DNA of 64,000 nucleotides from Mantamonas sphyraenae STR306 (taxonomy: Eukaryota; Protista; CRuMs). This document shows, in pieces, positions 47,301 to 56,992 of the stretch. The stretch lies in the NCBI GenBank assembly GCA_026936335.1, contig JAPMXV010000006.1, positions 62,001 to 126,000 of the forward strand, given 5' to 3'. The notes under the pieces are model-generated. The model was not told the DNA's origin and made no database searches. It saw only the letters and a program-made list of their open reading frames with translations. Numbering within the stretch: position 1 is the stretch's first letter; each line of letters begins with the position of its first letter. The position numbers and the translations under genes are program-made.

Positions 47301-49950
47301 CCAGCTGGCGCGCCTGGTGGCGTCCAGGTCGGAGGGCGAAAACATTTTGGTGCTGAAACACACGCGTACGGACGACTGGGCCAGCATAGACGAGCAAGAG
47401 GACAACAACCCAGCTGAAACCCCCAACCTTGCCATGGTCAAGGATGCAGAAGACTTGGACGAGGTGCTGCTGGACCTCGGTGATCTTCAGCACATTAGTC
47501 TGCAGCCAACCGCAACGCAGCGTACGCTGTGGATGCATTTTAGGACTTACAACAGTCAGCAATGTGCAGAGGAACTCTATGGTGAGTGGAAGGGCCTTTG
47601 TACTCGGTTTGCACTGCGTGGGGCACTTTGGGAGGCGGGGATCGAAGTATGCCACAAACGGCAGGTGGTAGAGTGGCTCGAGGAGGCTTGGGACATGGAA
47701 TCTGGGGTCATCGAGGAGCGGTTTGACAACATTGGCATGCGCTGGACTGCTCATGCAGGTCTGGATACTTCCACAATGGACAAGGGCTGGGTCATGGCCA
47801 AGCTGAAGAAAGCTGGCATCAGCAAACAAGTTTTCACCGGCGCACGCTCGCTCGCCACTCTGCAGACGTGGACACATCTGGCCAAGGCACATGCTGACGG
47901 GCAAATCACTGGGCTACCGCGCAAGCAGAGGTCGCTGTGCGCCGCAGTGACAATCACACCTACAATGATGCGCAGGGCCATGGAGTACCTCGCGCGTGGA
48001 CCGCAAGAGCAACACAGGGACACCACCGCCAACGACGGGGACGGCATCCTTGCTGAGCTGAGCAAGCTGAACCTTCCCAGCCTCAACGCTCGCTGCAAGA
48101 ACGAGGACTTTGCCACAGCAGTTTCCAACTGGTCCCAACAAGGGTCGTCAACGGAGACGTCGTACCGCGCACAGGTCAAAGCTCGTGTTTGCCGCCTGGT
48201 GGCCCAGTTTTCGGAGACGGATGTGCTTGGCAACAAGGTGTCGCACACCTACCGCGAAGCACGCGCAAGCGCGGCGCCGTGCCTGGCGTTCCTGTTTGGC
48301 AGTGCTGCGTTGTCGACCAAGGACAGCTTGCATCACTTGACTGGTACATTGAGCATTGCTGGCACCACCCTGAAGGCATGCGCGTACTCGATGGATGACA
48401 AACCGGCGAACCTGATGCGAGCGTTTTGGCGGTCTCAAAAAGCGGCGGTGCAGGAGTTGATCCTACGGGATGGCAACGAGGACGGAGCAGGCGACGAGGT
48501 CGGTGATGCAGGCGATGCAGTGGCGGACGGAGACAGTGGCACGGACACAACAGCTGCTGCGGGCGATGGAGGCGAGTGTGATGGCGGAGGTGAAGGGGAA
48601 GGTGAAGCAGAGGCAGTTGATGGGGGAGTGGCTGCTGGTGGAGGCGAGGCTGGGCATGAAAGGGAGATGCAGGTGGGCGATGAAGGCGAGTGTGAAGGGG
48701 AGGAGACAGAGGCAGAGGGTGGAGGGGAGGCAGAAGCAACAGGTGGCGAGGCACAGGACGGAGTGGACGACGGAGGCGAGGCAGAGAGCGGAGACGATGC
48801 AAAGAGTGGAGAGGAGACACGGGCGGCGGATGGAGGAGAGGCACAGGACGGAGTGGACGGAGGCGAGGCAGCAGGCAGCACAGATCCTCTGGTCATCGAT
48901 CTTTCGCTGCTGGAGCTGCTCGTGCCCTCGTCGAGGTCAATGGCGTATGCTTACCATGCCATCAAGACGTGGAAAGAGGCTCTGAACGAGGTGAAAGGAA
49001 AGAAGGCACGAGCCATCAAGGTCGCCATGTTCCTCGGCTTGATTCAACTGGTGGGCAAGGAACGGGCGAAGGAGCTGGCACTGGAACAAATCAAACTACT
49101 GGAAGAGAACGAAGCGCCGATGCCTGAAGACACGCGTGCGAGCGGACAACCGTGCCGCGGTGAGATGCAAGCCAAGAGGCTCCGGCCGCCTGTTGGTCAA
49201 CAACAACTCAAACAGACCATTCAAGTGTTGTCCGAGCACAATCTGGCGTGTTCTGACCCTGGCAAGGGAGAGACAACGACGGTCGCAGTTAATTTTGACT
49301 CGGCGCACGTGCAAGATGCCTGCGGGTCCCTCCACCAGGTCGGCACGTACTTTAAGGTCCCGAGCATCCCACACCAACAGGCGAAAGTGGACAATCACAC
49401 ACGGTCTTCTGCACGCCACACACGCTTCAAGGGAGGTGATGCGACCGCCAAATTCAAGCACATACACAAAGCTCAAGGCAGGCGCCCTGGGCAGCAGCTC
49501 CACCACAACGCCCAGCAGACGACCGTCAAGGGCAACGTCAGGCCCGTCATCCATGTCGGAGGCAAGGTGACATGGAGAGGCGAAAGCGGGGGATTCAACA
49601 ACACCATGACCCAGCTGAGCAGACACACGCTCGTGCTCCGGGTGAACGAGTTTCGGACGTCAAAACGGCATTCCCACGGCTGTGGATCCCATGACCTCGA
49701 GTTCGACGGCACGATGGGCTCTACATCCCCTCTCGGCCGCTACCAGACTTGCCCTCACTGCCCCAGTGGTGCACTGCATTGCTGTTCAGCTTCCGGCGTT
49801 TTGCGCCTGATGCTCTCTGGAGCTACCGCACGAAACCGATGCTTCCAACGAGACGAGAACAGCTGCCTGAACTTTGCATTTATTGTGTTCAGCTATGCCA
49901 CTCGCGGATGCCGACCAGCTCACCTGCAAGGAGCGCGAGGATCCAGCTGA
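44386..49950 (+). CDS. Giant Fanzor1-like RNA-guided endonuclease, ~1,808 aa; exons 44386-44875, 44947-45212, 45280-49950 (alternative ATG at 44287)
   Basis: RuvC-I SDPG (D at 49255), RuvC-II VNEFRTSK (E at 49648), Zn-finger H/C...CPHC, RuvC-III RDENSCLN (D at 49852), terminal G.RP.HL. Introns gtgagt...ctcac...cag and gtaggg...ctcac...cag join three ORFs in frame. Confidence 0.85.
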
Positions 49951-50081
49951 TCCGCCACACGAGCTCCACGGACCAAGCCACGCACACGAACCCTTAGCAA
50001 TGGGTTCACTTGATACATCCTTCGCAGCATCTCGCGTCCAGACTGTTTTCGGTCAAGGGCGAGGTGATTTGCGAAGGACAG
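49951..50081 (+). ncRNA. Putative Fanzor omegaRNA scaffold (5' limit uncertain; guide would derive from the flank beyond 50081)
   Basis: Hairpin gaaccc/gggttc (49988-50007). Long stem tccttcgca/tgcgaagga, catctcgc/gcgaggtg, gactg-tttt-cggtc (50018-50078), ending 3 nt from the right end. Confidence 0.7.
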
Positions 50082-50573
50082 TACGACACGGGGGAGTTGC
50101 CCGACGCCGCCTTTGCAGACGTGGACGCAGGCATTTCGGCGATGGGCATCTACACGGCCCAGGCGGAGAGCGAGGAGCACTTTCGAAAGGTTGAAATTGA
50201 CCAAAATCTGCTCGTGGCAACAAGGGTGGCCAAACAGCGTCCTGGAGTGGCACGATGGTCCTTCCTGTCTGGACAAGGGGCCAAGAAGGGAGGGTGGGCC
50301 ATGTTTGCCCGCGTCAAGTTTGACGCAGAGGAGGCGTTCCGCAACGTCGATGGCATGGGTCTTGCGGTCACTGTACGCCCCGGGGGCATCCGTGGACGCA
50401 AGCAGTACCCGCTGTGGGCCGATTGGGCGGCGGAGTGGCTGCCTGATTTTCTGACGATCCACACCGACCAGATCGCAAGAGGCATGATTGCAGCTGTGCT
50501 TCTGCCCATGGAGGACGTCCAAGAAGTGTATGAAAACCAAGAGATCAAGGAATTGGCCAAGAAGTGGCCCTGA
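50082..50573 (+). pseudogene. 3' half of the interrupted TIP30/HTATIP2-like NAD(P)-binding gene
   Basis: YDTGELPDAAFADVDAGISAMG...FRKVEID..L..A...FLSGQGA...FARVKFDAE...VRPGGI...IARGMI...VYENQEI; open frame with no stops. Confidence 0.8.
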
Positions 50574-50652
50574 ACCCTGCCGAGGGAGGAGAGAAAACGT
50601 CGAAGTGCGCGTTTGCCCAAACGCAACCACTCAAATTCAAGCCACTTTAGCG

Positions 50653-53600
50653 ATGTCACACAATGACGAAGAAATAGACGATGGTCTTGAACAGGAGATG
50701 GGCACGATTGTGCTGATGGGATCGCAGGACAGCGGCAAGAGTTGCCTCGCGGCGACGCTGTGCTTCTCCAGCGACGAGGACGAGGAGCGTCTGAGCAACT
50801 TGAAGTCCGAGTACGAGAGCATGTTCCATGCAGTTTCGCAGTACGAGCACAAGGTGTGGCTCAGCGACACGGGGAAAAACGAACGAGAGGCACAAACCAC
50901 CCTCCGTGGCAACTGCCATCCCCTGACGATTTGGGGCAACCTTTGGAATGTCATCGACACACCCGGTGACCCTCGGTACGGAAAACGCGTGGTCCAGGCG
51001 CTTGGTCTGGCTGACGTTCTCCTCCTTGTCGTGTCTGTGCACGAAACGCAACTCGTTGACCTCTCAGCACCGAGCGGCCTATTTGCACAGCGCCTCAGCA
51101 TGGCGTTTATGTTTGGTGTGCGTCAAGTCATTGTGTGCATCACCAAGCTCGACGAGCTTCCCGCCAAGGACCAGGAGCAGGCGTACGTCGGAGCGTGTTT
51201 TTCTGCTGCCTCGGCACTCAAGTCAGTCGGCTTCCTCGCCAAACGCCACCGCATCCACTTTGTGCCCACGTGCACTGTCAATTCGATGAAAGGGGCCAAT
51301 GTGTTTGCACCGGACCCAAACACGTTTCCGTGGTGGACCGGAACGAGTTTGAAAGAGCACTTGCGAACGTGCACACGGCCGCGTGGCCGCCACGATGCTT
51401 GTGGAGTCATGTTGGTGCACAGCTGGCACTGGAATGAGACTTTGATTGCCAGTGGCTTTGTCCTCCAGGGCTCGTTTGTCCCGCGTCGCCGCCTGCTCTC
51501 CCTGCCTGGGCACAACGAGCTCCCTGTGAGCGTGCTGGAGCGTTGGCGAGAGATTCGGCCACAGGTGTTCCGTGGAGACATGGCTGGTTTGGAGGTGCAG
51601 CGCAACATCTCCCTCGAGAACGCTCAGGAGGTTCTGCGGCAAACGCTGATTTTTGATGCGGACGATCAGTTCGATCCCTACCCAGAAAACCGGCATGTGG
51701 CCCCTGTGCACGGCACGTCGTCGCTTCAACACCATCCAGAGATCCCCGACAAGGTGCGTTTGTTTGTGGCCGACATCCGTCTCGTGCGCACGCGCCTGCA
51801 CAAAAGACGCAAGCATTTTGACATCGGCACCACGTGCACATTCAGCAACATGCTTGTGTGCACAAAGGTCCATGTCGTGGCCATTCTGGCTCGTCTCGAC
51901 GGCGAGTTCAACGTGGTCGAGCGCCACCCGCAGCGTCTGCACCGCAAAGACGTGTTGCGGGTGCTGTTTCGCTCCGACGACCCCGTCTTTGTCCAGAAAG
52001 GACCCTTCATGCCGCGCCTGGAACGTATGGTACTCAGTGATGATCTGGGCGTGGTTGGAGCAGGTGTGGTGCGCAAGAAGGCCCAGGGGCAAACGCTTGT
52101 CGCCGCCATCCACACCAACGGACAAGACTCTGCGTGCCAAGATGGTCTGGCCCAGCTGCTCGAGGAGGACTTTCTCGTGGAATGGCGCCTGATCCCACGC
52201 ACGTTGACAAAGGAAGCCCTGAATGGGGTGCAGCTGCTCGTGACCTGCATGGGCCGTTCCAGGAGCGAGCATGAGGTTTTGGTCGACTTTGTCAAAAGCG
52301 GTGGCTCCTTGCTGAAGCTGGTGGACCATCGACGTGGCACTGACAGGATTGTCACCGAGTATGGATTGGAACGAGTCAAGCGCGAGGAAAGCTTCTTGTC
52401 CGTGGGGCGGCTTTTCTTCCGGGGTGAGGTTGGTGCAGCCAAGCGGCGCAAGGAGCGCGCCGATCAGCTGGTGACTTTTGAATCAGTGCTCCGTGGACAC
52501 GACAGTGGACGTTGGGCCACAAGCAACCACGAAGATCTGGATGATGTGAGCCACACCAGCAGTAGCAGCAGCATCAGCAGCAGCAGCATCAGCAGCAGCA
52601 GCATCAGCATCAGCAGCAGCAGCAACAGTGGTGGTGGTGGCGGCGGCGGCAGTCAGGAACGGGAAATGGCAGTTGCCAGGGAGATGGAGCGATTGGCAGA
52701 GAGGAAGCGCCGCAAGGAACGCAAGAAGCGACGCAAACAACGTCGCAAGGCCATATCCGAGCTCCAGGAGAGCACACGTCACCGATTGTTAACCTCACTG
52801 ACGCAAGAGGAGATCCTTGGCTGGAACCAAGAGGAGGTGATGCGTTTCGTGACTGGACACCGTCAACTGGCCGCGTACCGCAAGAGCATCCACAAGAGTG
52901 GCATGGTGGGCAAGAATCTGCTCGAGTACGGACGCACAGAGTGGGAGGCAGTGTTTGAGGGCGAATTTGCGGGAGAGATCCGTGGCCGCAAGGCCATGGC
53001 CATCATTGCCTCTGTGCTGGAGACCATTGCCGACCGTGTGGACAGGCAAAACAACATCGATGCGGGCAAAGGCAAGACGACATCTGTGCAGCAGCCGTCG
53101 CTCACACGAACCCTCAGCGCCCAGGAGGTGCTGGAGGACGTGGATGGCAGCGGAGCAGGCGAGCTGGGTGAAGCCATGGAGACGCTCACCAGCGAAGCCA
53201 GCATCGAGCTGAGCCTGGAGGAGTCGAACGAGTCGCAATCCCTGCGCCGGACCGAATCGTGGGCACAGACAGTGGAGGAAGACGCAGATGGGGTGGACGT
53301 GGAGGATCTTCCGGATGAGGTGTGGATGCGCGTGTTCAGCTTCCTGCACGACGACGTGCATGCAATGTGTGCCCTTGCCCAAACCTGCGGTCTCTTCAAC
53401 GACTTGGTCGATCGTGAAGAGAACTGGCAGGCCTTGTGTGCCACCCATGGTGCTCTCGGTATGATCCTCCCGCGAAACCTGCTCGTGGACAAGGATCTCG
53501 CCGAAGCCCTGCTGGACATCACTGAGTTCAAGCTGCGGTTTTACGCCTTCTGGGACGTGACCCGTGCCGGGACGTTCGGGTGTTTGTCGCGTGGCGTTCA

Positions 53601-53952
53601 CGGCAAAGGCCGGTGGATGGAATCCGCGAGTCGAGACACAGGCACGTCTCTCGACGTGATGGAATCCCTGCCTGGCGTGAAAATTGTCGCTTCGCGCACC
53701 AAGCGCCGGGGCGGTGGCGCAATGCTCGTCTATGCGCGACCTGGCCATCATCTCGACAACCGAAGAGGACAAGCCCTGTTTCTCGTCGACGACCTGCGCT
53801 TTGGCGAAAAGCAAATGCTTTCACGAACGTCCCTCACAAACCCATCCAACAATGCACGGGTCTGGCTCAAGAATTTCGCGCATGTGGCATCTTTGACGAG
53901 GATCCAGGCGGACAGCGATCAAGCGGGCAGCTCGTCATCCTCTTCTGCCTGA
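50653..53952 (+). CDS. Multidomain protein: divergent EF1A/HBS1-like translational GTPase (domains I-III) + GIFT/GATase-like alpha/beta segment + SAM-like + F-box
   Basis: G1 GSQDSGKS, G3 DTPG, G4 TKLD; domain II GDMAG; domain III end LGVVGAGVV; SAM-like WNQEEVMRFV...GMVGKNLL; F-box LPDEVWMRVFSFL...LAQTC. Confidence 0.75.
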   Translation: MSHNDEEIDDGLEQEMGTIVLMGSQDSGKSCLAATLCFSSDEDEERLSNLKSEYESMFHAVSQYEHKVWLSDTGKNEREAQTTLRGNCHPLTIWGNLWNVIDTPGDPRYGKRVVQALGLADVLLLVVSVHETQLVDLSAPSGLFAQRLSMAFMFGVRQVIVCITKLDELPAKDQEQAYVGACFSAASALKSVGFLAKRHRIHFVPTCTVNSMKGANVFAPDPNTFPWWTGTSLKEHLRTCTRPRGRHDACGVMLVHSWHWNETLIASGFVLQGSFVPRRRLLSLPGHNELPVSVLERWREIRPQVFRGDMAGLEVQRNISLENAQEVLRQTLIFDADDQFDPYPENRHVAPVHGTSSLQHHPEIPDKVRLFVADIRLVRTRLHKRRKHFDIGTTCTFSNMLVCTKVHVVAILARLDGEFNVVERHPQRLHRKDVLRVLFRSDDPVFVQKGPFMPRLERMVLSDDLGVVGAGVVRKKAQGQTLVAAIHTNGQDSACQDGLAQLLEEDFLVEWRLIPRTLTKEALNGVQLLVTCMGRSRSEHEVLVDFVKSGGSLLKLVDHRRGTDRIVTEYGLERVKREESFLSVGRLFFRGEVGAAKRRKERADQLVTFESVLRGHDSGRWATSNHEDLDDVSHTSSSSSISSSSISSSSISISSSSNSGGGGGGGSQEREMAVAREMERLAERKRRKERKKRRKQRRKAISELQESTRHRLLTSLTQEEILGWNQEEVMRFVTGHRQLAAYRKSIHKSGMVGKNLLEYGRTEWEAVFEGEFAGEIRGRKAMAIIASVLETIADRVDRQNNIDAGKGKTTSVQQPSLTRTLSAQEVLEDVDGSGAGELGEAMETLTSEASIELSLEESNESQSLRRTESWAQTVEEDADGVDVEDLPDEVWMRVFSFLHDDVHAMCALAQTCGLFNDLVDREENWQALCATHGALGMILPRNLLVDKDLAEALLDITEFKLRFYAFWDVTRAGTFGCLSRGVHGKGRWMESASRDTGTSLDVMESLPGVKIVASRTKRRGGGAMLVYARPGHHLDNRRGQALFLVDDLRFGEKQMLSRTSLTNPSNNARVWLKNFAHVASLTRIQADSDQAGSSSSSSA

Positions 53953-54081
53953 TCCAGCCTGAATTCTGGGAAGGATGCCGCTGCCCCACACCCGCACATG
54001 GCCGCAAATGTGCCTGGTGGAGGAAAAGCACGAGTTGGATGCTGGCATGGTGCGCCGGCATCGGCACCCAAACAACAAAAG

Positions 54082-56950
54082 ATGAGCCGCAGCGCAAACC
54101 CCTCTGTGATCCGCGTCAAGCCCAATCACTACATTCACATCGCCGATCAGAATGACAACACCACACGGTATGTGCACACCTGCCTCTTGGCCATGTCCTC
54201 TGTCTCCCGTCTCTCCTGCCCCCGTGCTCACCCGCCTGTGCTGCTCTGTGTTCCGACATCTGGGTCCCCACAAATTTCCTCGTGCGCCTCGCCCTGTTCA
54301 GTGTGGAAATCGGCCCGCAGACGTTTGTGCGCAAGGACCACGAGACCCTGGTGTATGGTCCTGCACAGATGATCACTGTGCCCACCCGCCACTACTGCGT
54401 GATCAAGAACCCGGTCATCGTGCAGGTGTGTTTGTGCTCCCGTTCTTTTCGCCTGCTTTTCCCCTCTGAATTCGCACAAACGCGCTTGCCGGCCTTTCCA
54501 ACACACGCACACACACGCACACACGCGCACCACACACGCTCACACCCTTCGCTCGCTCTGCACACACGGCATCCATCTCCTCCTACCCACCCATAGGACG
54601 GTGAGGTGCTCAAGACGGCACACGGCCAGGTGAAGCTGCGCCACGGTGACACAGAGATCCGCGGCGCTGGCGAGCCTTTCCCGCTGTACCCTGGCGAACA
54701 GCTGGTGGGCGACGTCGAGCCGCTGACTGTGGTCAAGGCCAACGAGGCCCTGCGTCTCAAGGCGCTGCGTGACTTTAAGGATGAGTCTGGAGTCATGCAC
54801 GCAGCGGGCGACGAGTGGCTGTTTGCAGGCCCCGCCACATACCATCCCGAGGTGGAGGTGGAAACCATGGAGACGGTGCATGCACGCATCATCAAGCCCA
54901 ACACAGGCCTGCGTCTGCGTGCACGCCGTGAGTTTACAGACACGACCGGCGACGAGGAAGTGGTGCGCAAGGCCGGCGAGGAGTGGATTGTGCGCGACGA
55001 GGGCGCGTACATGCCCTCTGTGTACGAGGAGGTGGTGAGCACCGTGTACGCCGTGGTGCTTACGGAAAAGACTGCTCTGCACCTGCGTGCCATCCGCACG
55101 TTCAACGACGTGTTTGACATCGAGCGCAAGGCAGGTGAGGAGTGGCTGGTGCGCCTGTCCGACGCAGAGACACACATCCCAGACGTCCACGAGGAGAACC
55201 TTGGCGAGGTGCCCATTACTGTGCTGACCAAGCGCCAGTACTGCGTGGTGATCAACCCGTACAAGGACGGCAAGCCGCAGCTGGGCCAGCGCGAGCTGCG
55301 CAAGGGCGAGCAGAGCTTCTTCCTGCTGCCGGGCGAGGAGCTGGAGGACGGCGAGATCAAGAGCATCCATGTGCTGGCCGAGGACGAAAGCCTGCTGCTG
55401 CGCGCCAAGGAGGAGTTTACGGACGAGCAGGGCGTGTCGCACAAGCCCGGTGAACGCTGGATGATCGACGGTCCCGTGGACTACGTGCCGCCCGTGGAGG
55501 TGGAGATTCTGGACACACGCAGCGCCATCCCTCTGGATGACAACGAGGGTATCTATGTGCGTGACGTGCGCACTGGTAAGGTGCGTGCTGTGTCGGGCGA
55601 GTCGTACATGCTGCAGGCTTCGGAGGAGCTGTGGATGAAGGACCTGCCCAAGGCGGTCGAGGATCTGCTGGCCAAGGATCTGGATCCGTATGCAGATCGC
55701 ACGGCAGACAACCACGACGAGAGCTCGTCGTCGAGTGGCAAGCGCCGGGGACGCGGGGGCGGACGCGGCGGACGGGACAAGAGCCGCGTGGTGACATTCC
55801 GCGTGCCGCACAACGCAGCTGTGCAAATCTATGATTACAAGGAGAAGAACGCACGTGTTGTGTTTGGTCCGGAGCTGGTGATGCTGGGCCCCGACGAGCA
55901 GTTTACGGTGCTGAACCTGTCTGGCGGCAAGCCGAAGAAGCCCAACACCATCCGTGCACTGGCACTGCTGCTGGGCCCGGACTTTATGACAGACATTGTC
56001 AAGGTGGAGACCAGCGACCACGCACGCCTGCAGCTGCAGCTGAGTTACAACTGGCACTTTGACACGAGCGAGGGCAGCGAGAGCGCTGCGGCCAAGATCT
56101 TCCAGGTGCCCGACTTTGTGGGCGACGCGTGCAAGGCAATTGCATCGCGTGTGCGTGGCGCAGTGGCCATGTTCTCGTTTGACCAGTTCCACAAGGAGAG
56201 CGCAGACATCATCCGCCGCGCTGTGTTTGGCGACTCTGCGGAGCTGCGCTTCAAGGCAAACAACCTGGTGATCAGCAACGTGGATATCCAGAGCGTGGAG
56301 CCCGTGGACCAGCGCACGCGCGATTCGCTGCAAAAGAGTGTGCAACTGGCCATCGAAATCACAACCAAGTCGCAGGAGGCGTCTGCCAAGCACAAGGCGG
56401 AGCGTGTGGAGCAGGAGGCACGAGGCCGCCTGGAGCGACAGAAGATCAAGGACATGGCAGCAGCGGAGGAGGCACGCAAGGAGCTGCTGTCGCTGCAGGC
56501 CGAGTCGAACGCCATTGAGGCGCGTGGTCGTGCAGAGGCCGACGCACGTGCCAAGGCCGAGGCTGCACAGATTGAGGGTAAGGCTGCAGTGCAGCAGGCA
56601 GACCTGAAGGCTCAGGCGATGAAGATCGAGTCGCAGGCAGACCTGGACCAGGTGAAGAGCCGTCAGGACGCAGAGTTGGAGCACCAGAGGCAGCTCAACT
56701 CGCTGGAGTGGAGAAGTACAAGAGCCTGGCAGAGATTGAGACGACCAAGTTCCAGAACCTGGTGCAGGCCATTGGGGCGCAGACCATCAGCGACATTGCG
56801 CAGAGCGGACCCAAGCTGCAGGTGGAGATGCTGCAGGCGCTCAACCTGAACGGTTTCCTGATTACGGACGGCAAGAGCCCCGTGAACCTGTTCAACACGG
56901 CCCAGGGCATGGTGGCCAAGACGGGAGGCATTGCCGAGCTGGAACAGTGA
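54082..56950 (+). CDS. MVP: Major vault protein; exons 54082-54167, 54302-54425, 54597-56950 with an apparent 1-nt frameshift at ~56708
   Basis: [17 protein letters not shown], vault repeats ([13 protein letters not shown]), LLGPDFMTD...[29 protein letters not shown]. The C-terminus [17 protein letters not shown] lies in the -1 frame. Confidence 0.95.
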
Positions 56951-56992
56951 GCAGTGTGGTGATGCAGTGGCAGAATAGAATGGCTTCAATCG

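Larger units (their letters stand above)
44075..50081 (+). mobile_element. ~6.0-kb Fanzor (TnpB-like) element inserted in the oxidoreductase gene; TA on both sides; no terminal inverted repeats
   Basis: Removing the element plus one TA restores GTC AAT TAC GAC ACG GGG GAG (VNYDTGE) in frame. The element encodes a RuvC protein and looks less codon-biased than neighbouring genes. Ends are ambiguous by a few bases. Confidence 0.85.

Noticed and set aside
44075-50081. Tc1/mariner or Helitron classification of the insertion
   Set aside because: A TA flank is present but there are no TIRs, and the termini are not 5'-TC...CTRR-3' between A and T.
10905-56715. Programmed -1 ribosomal frameshifting at the two frame breaks
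   Set aside because: No canonical slippery heptamer at either site; single-base deletions in short runs are more parsimonious.
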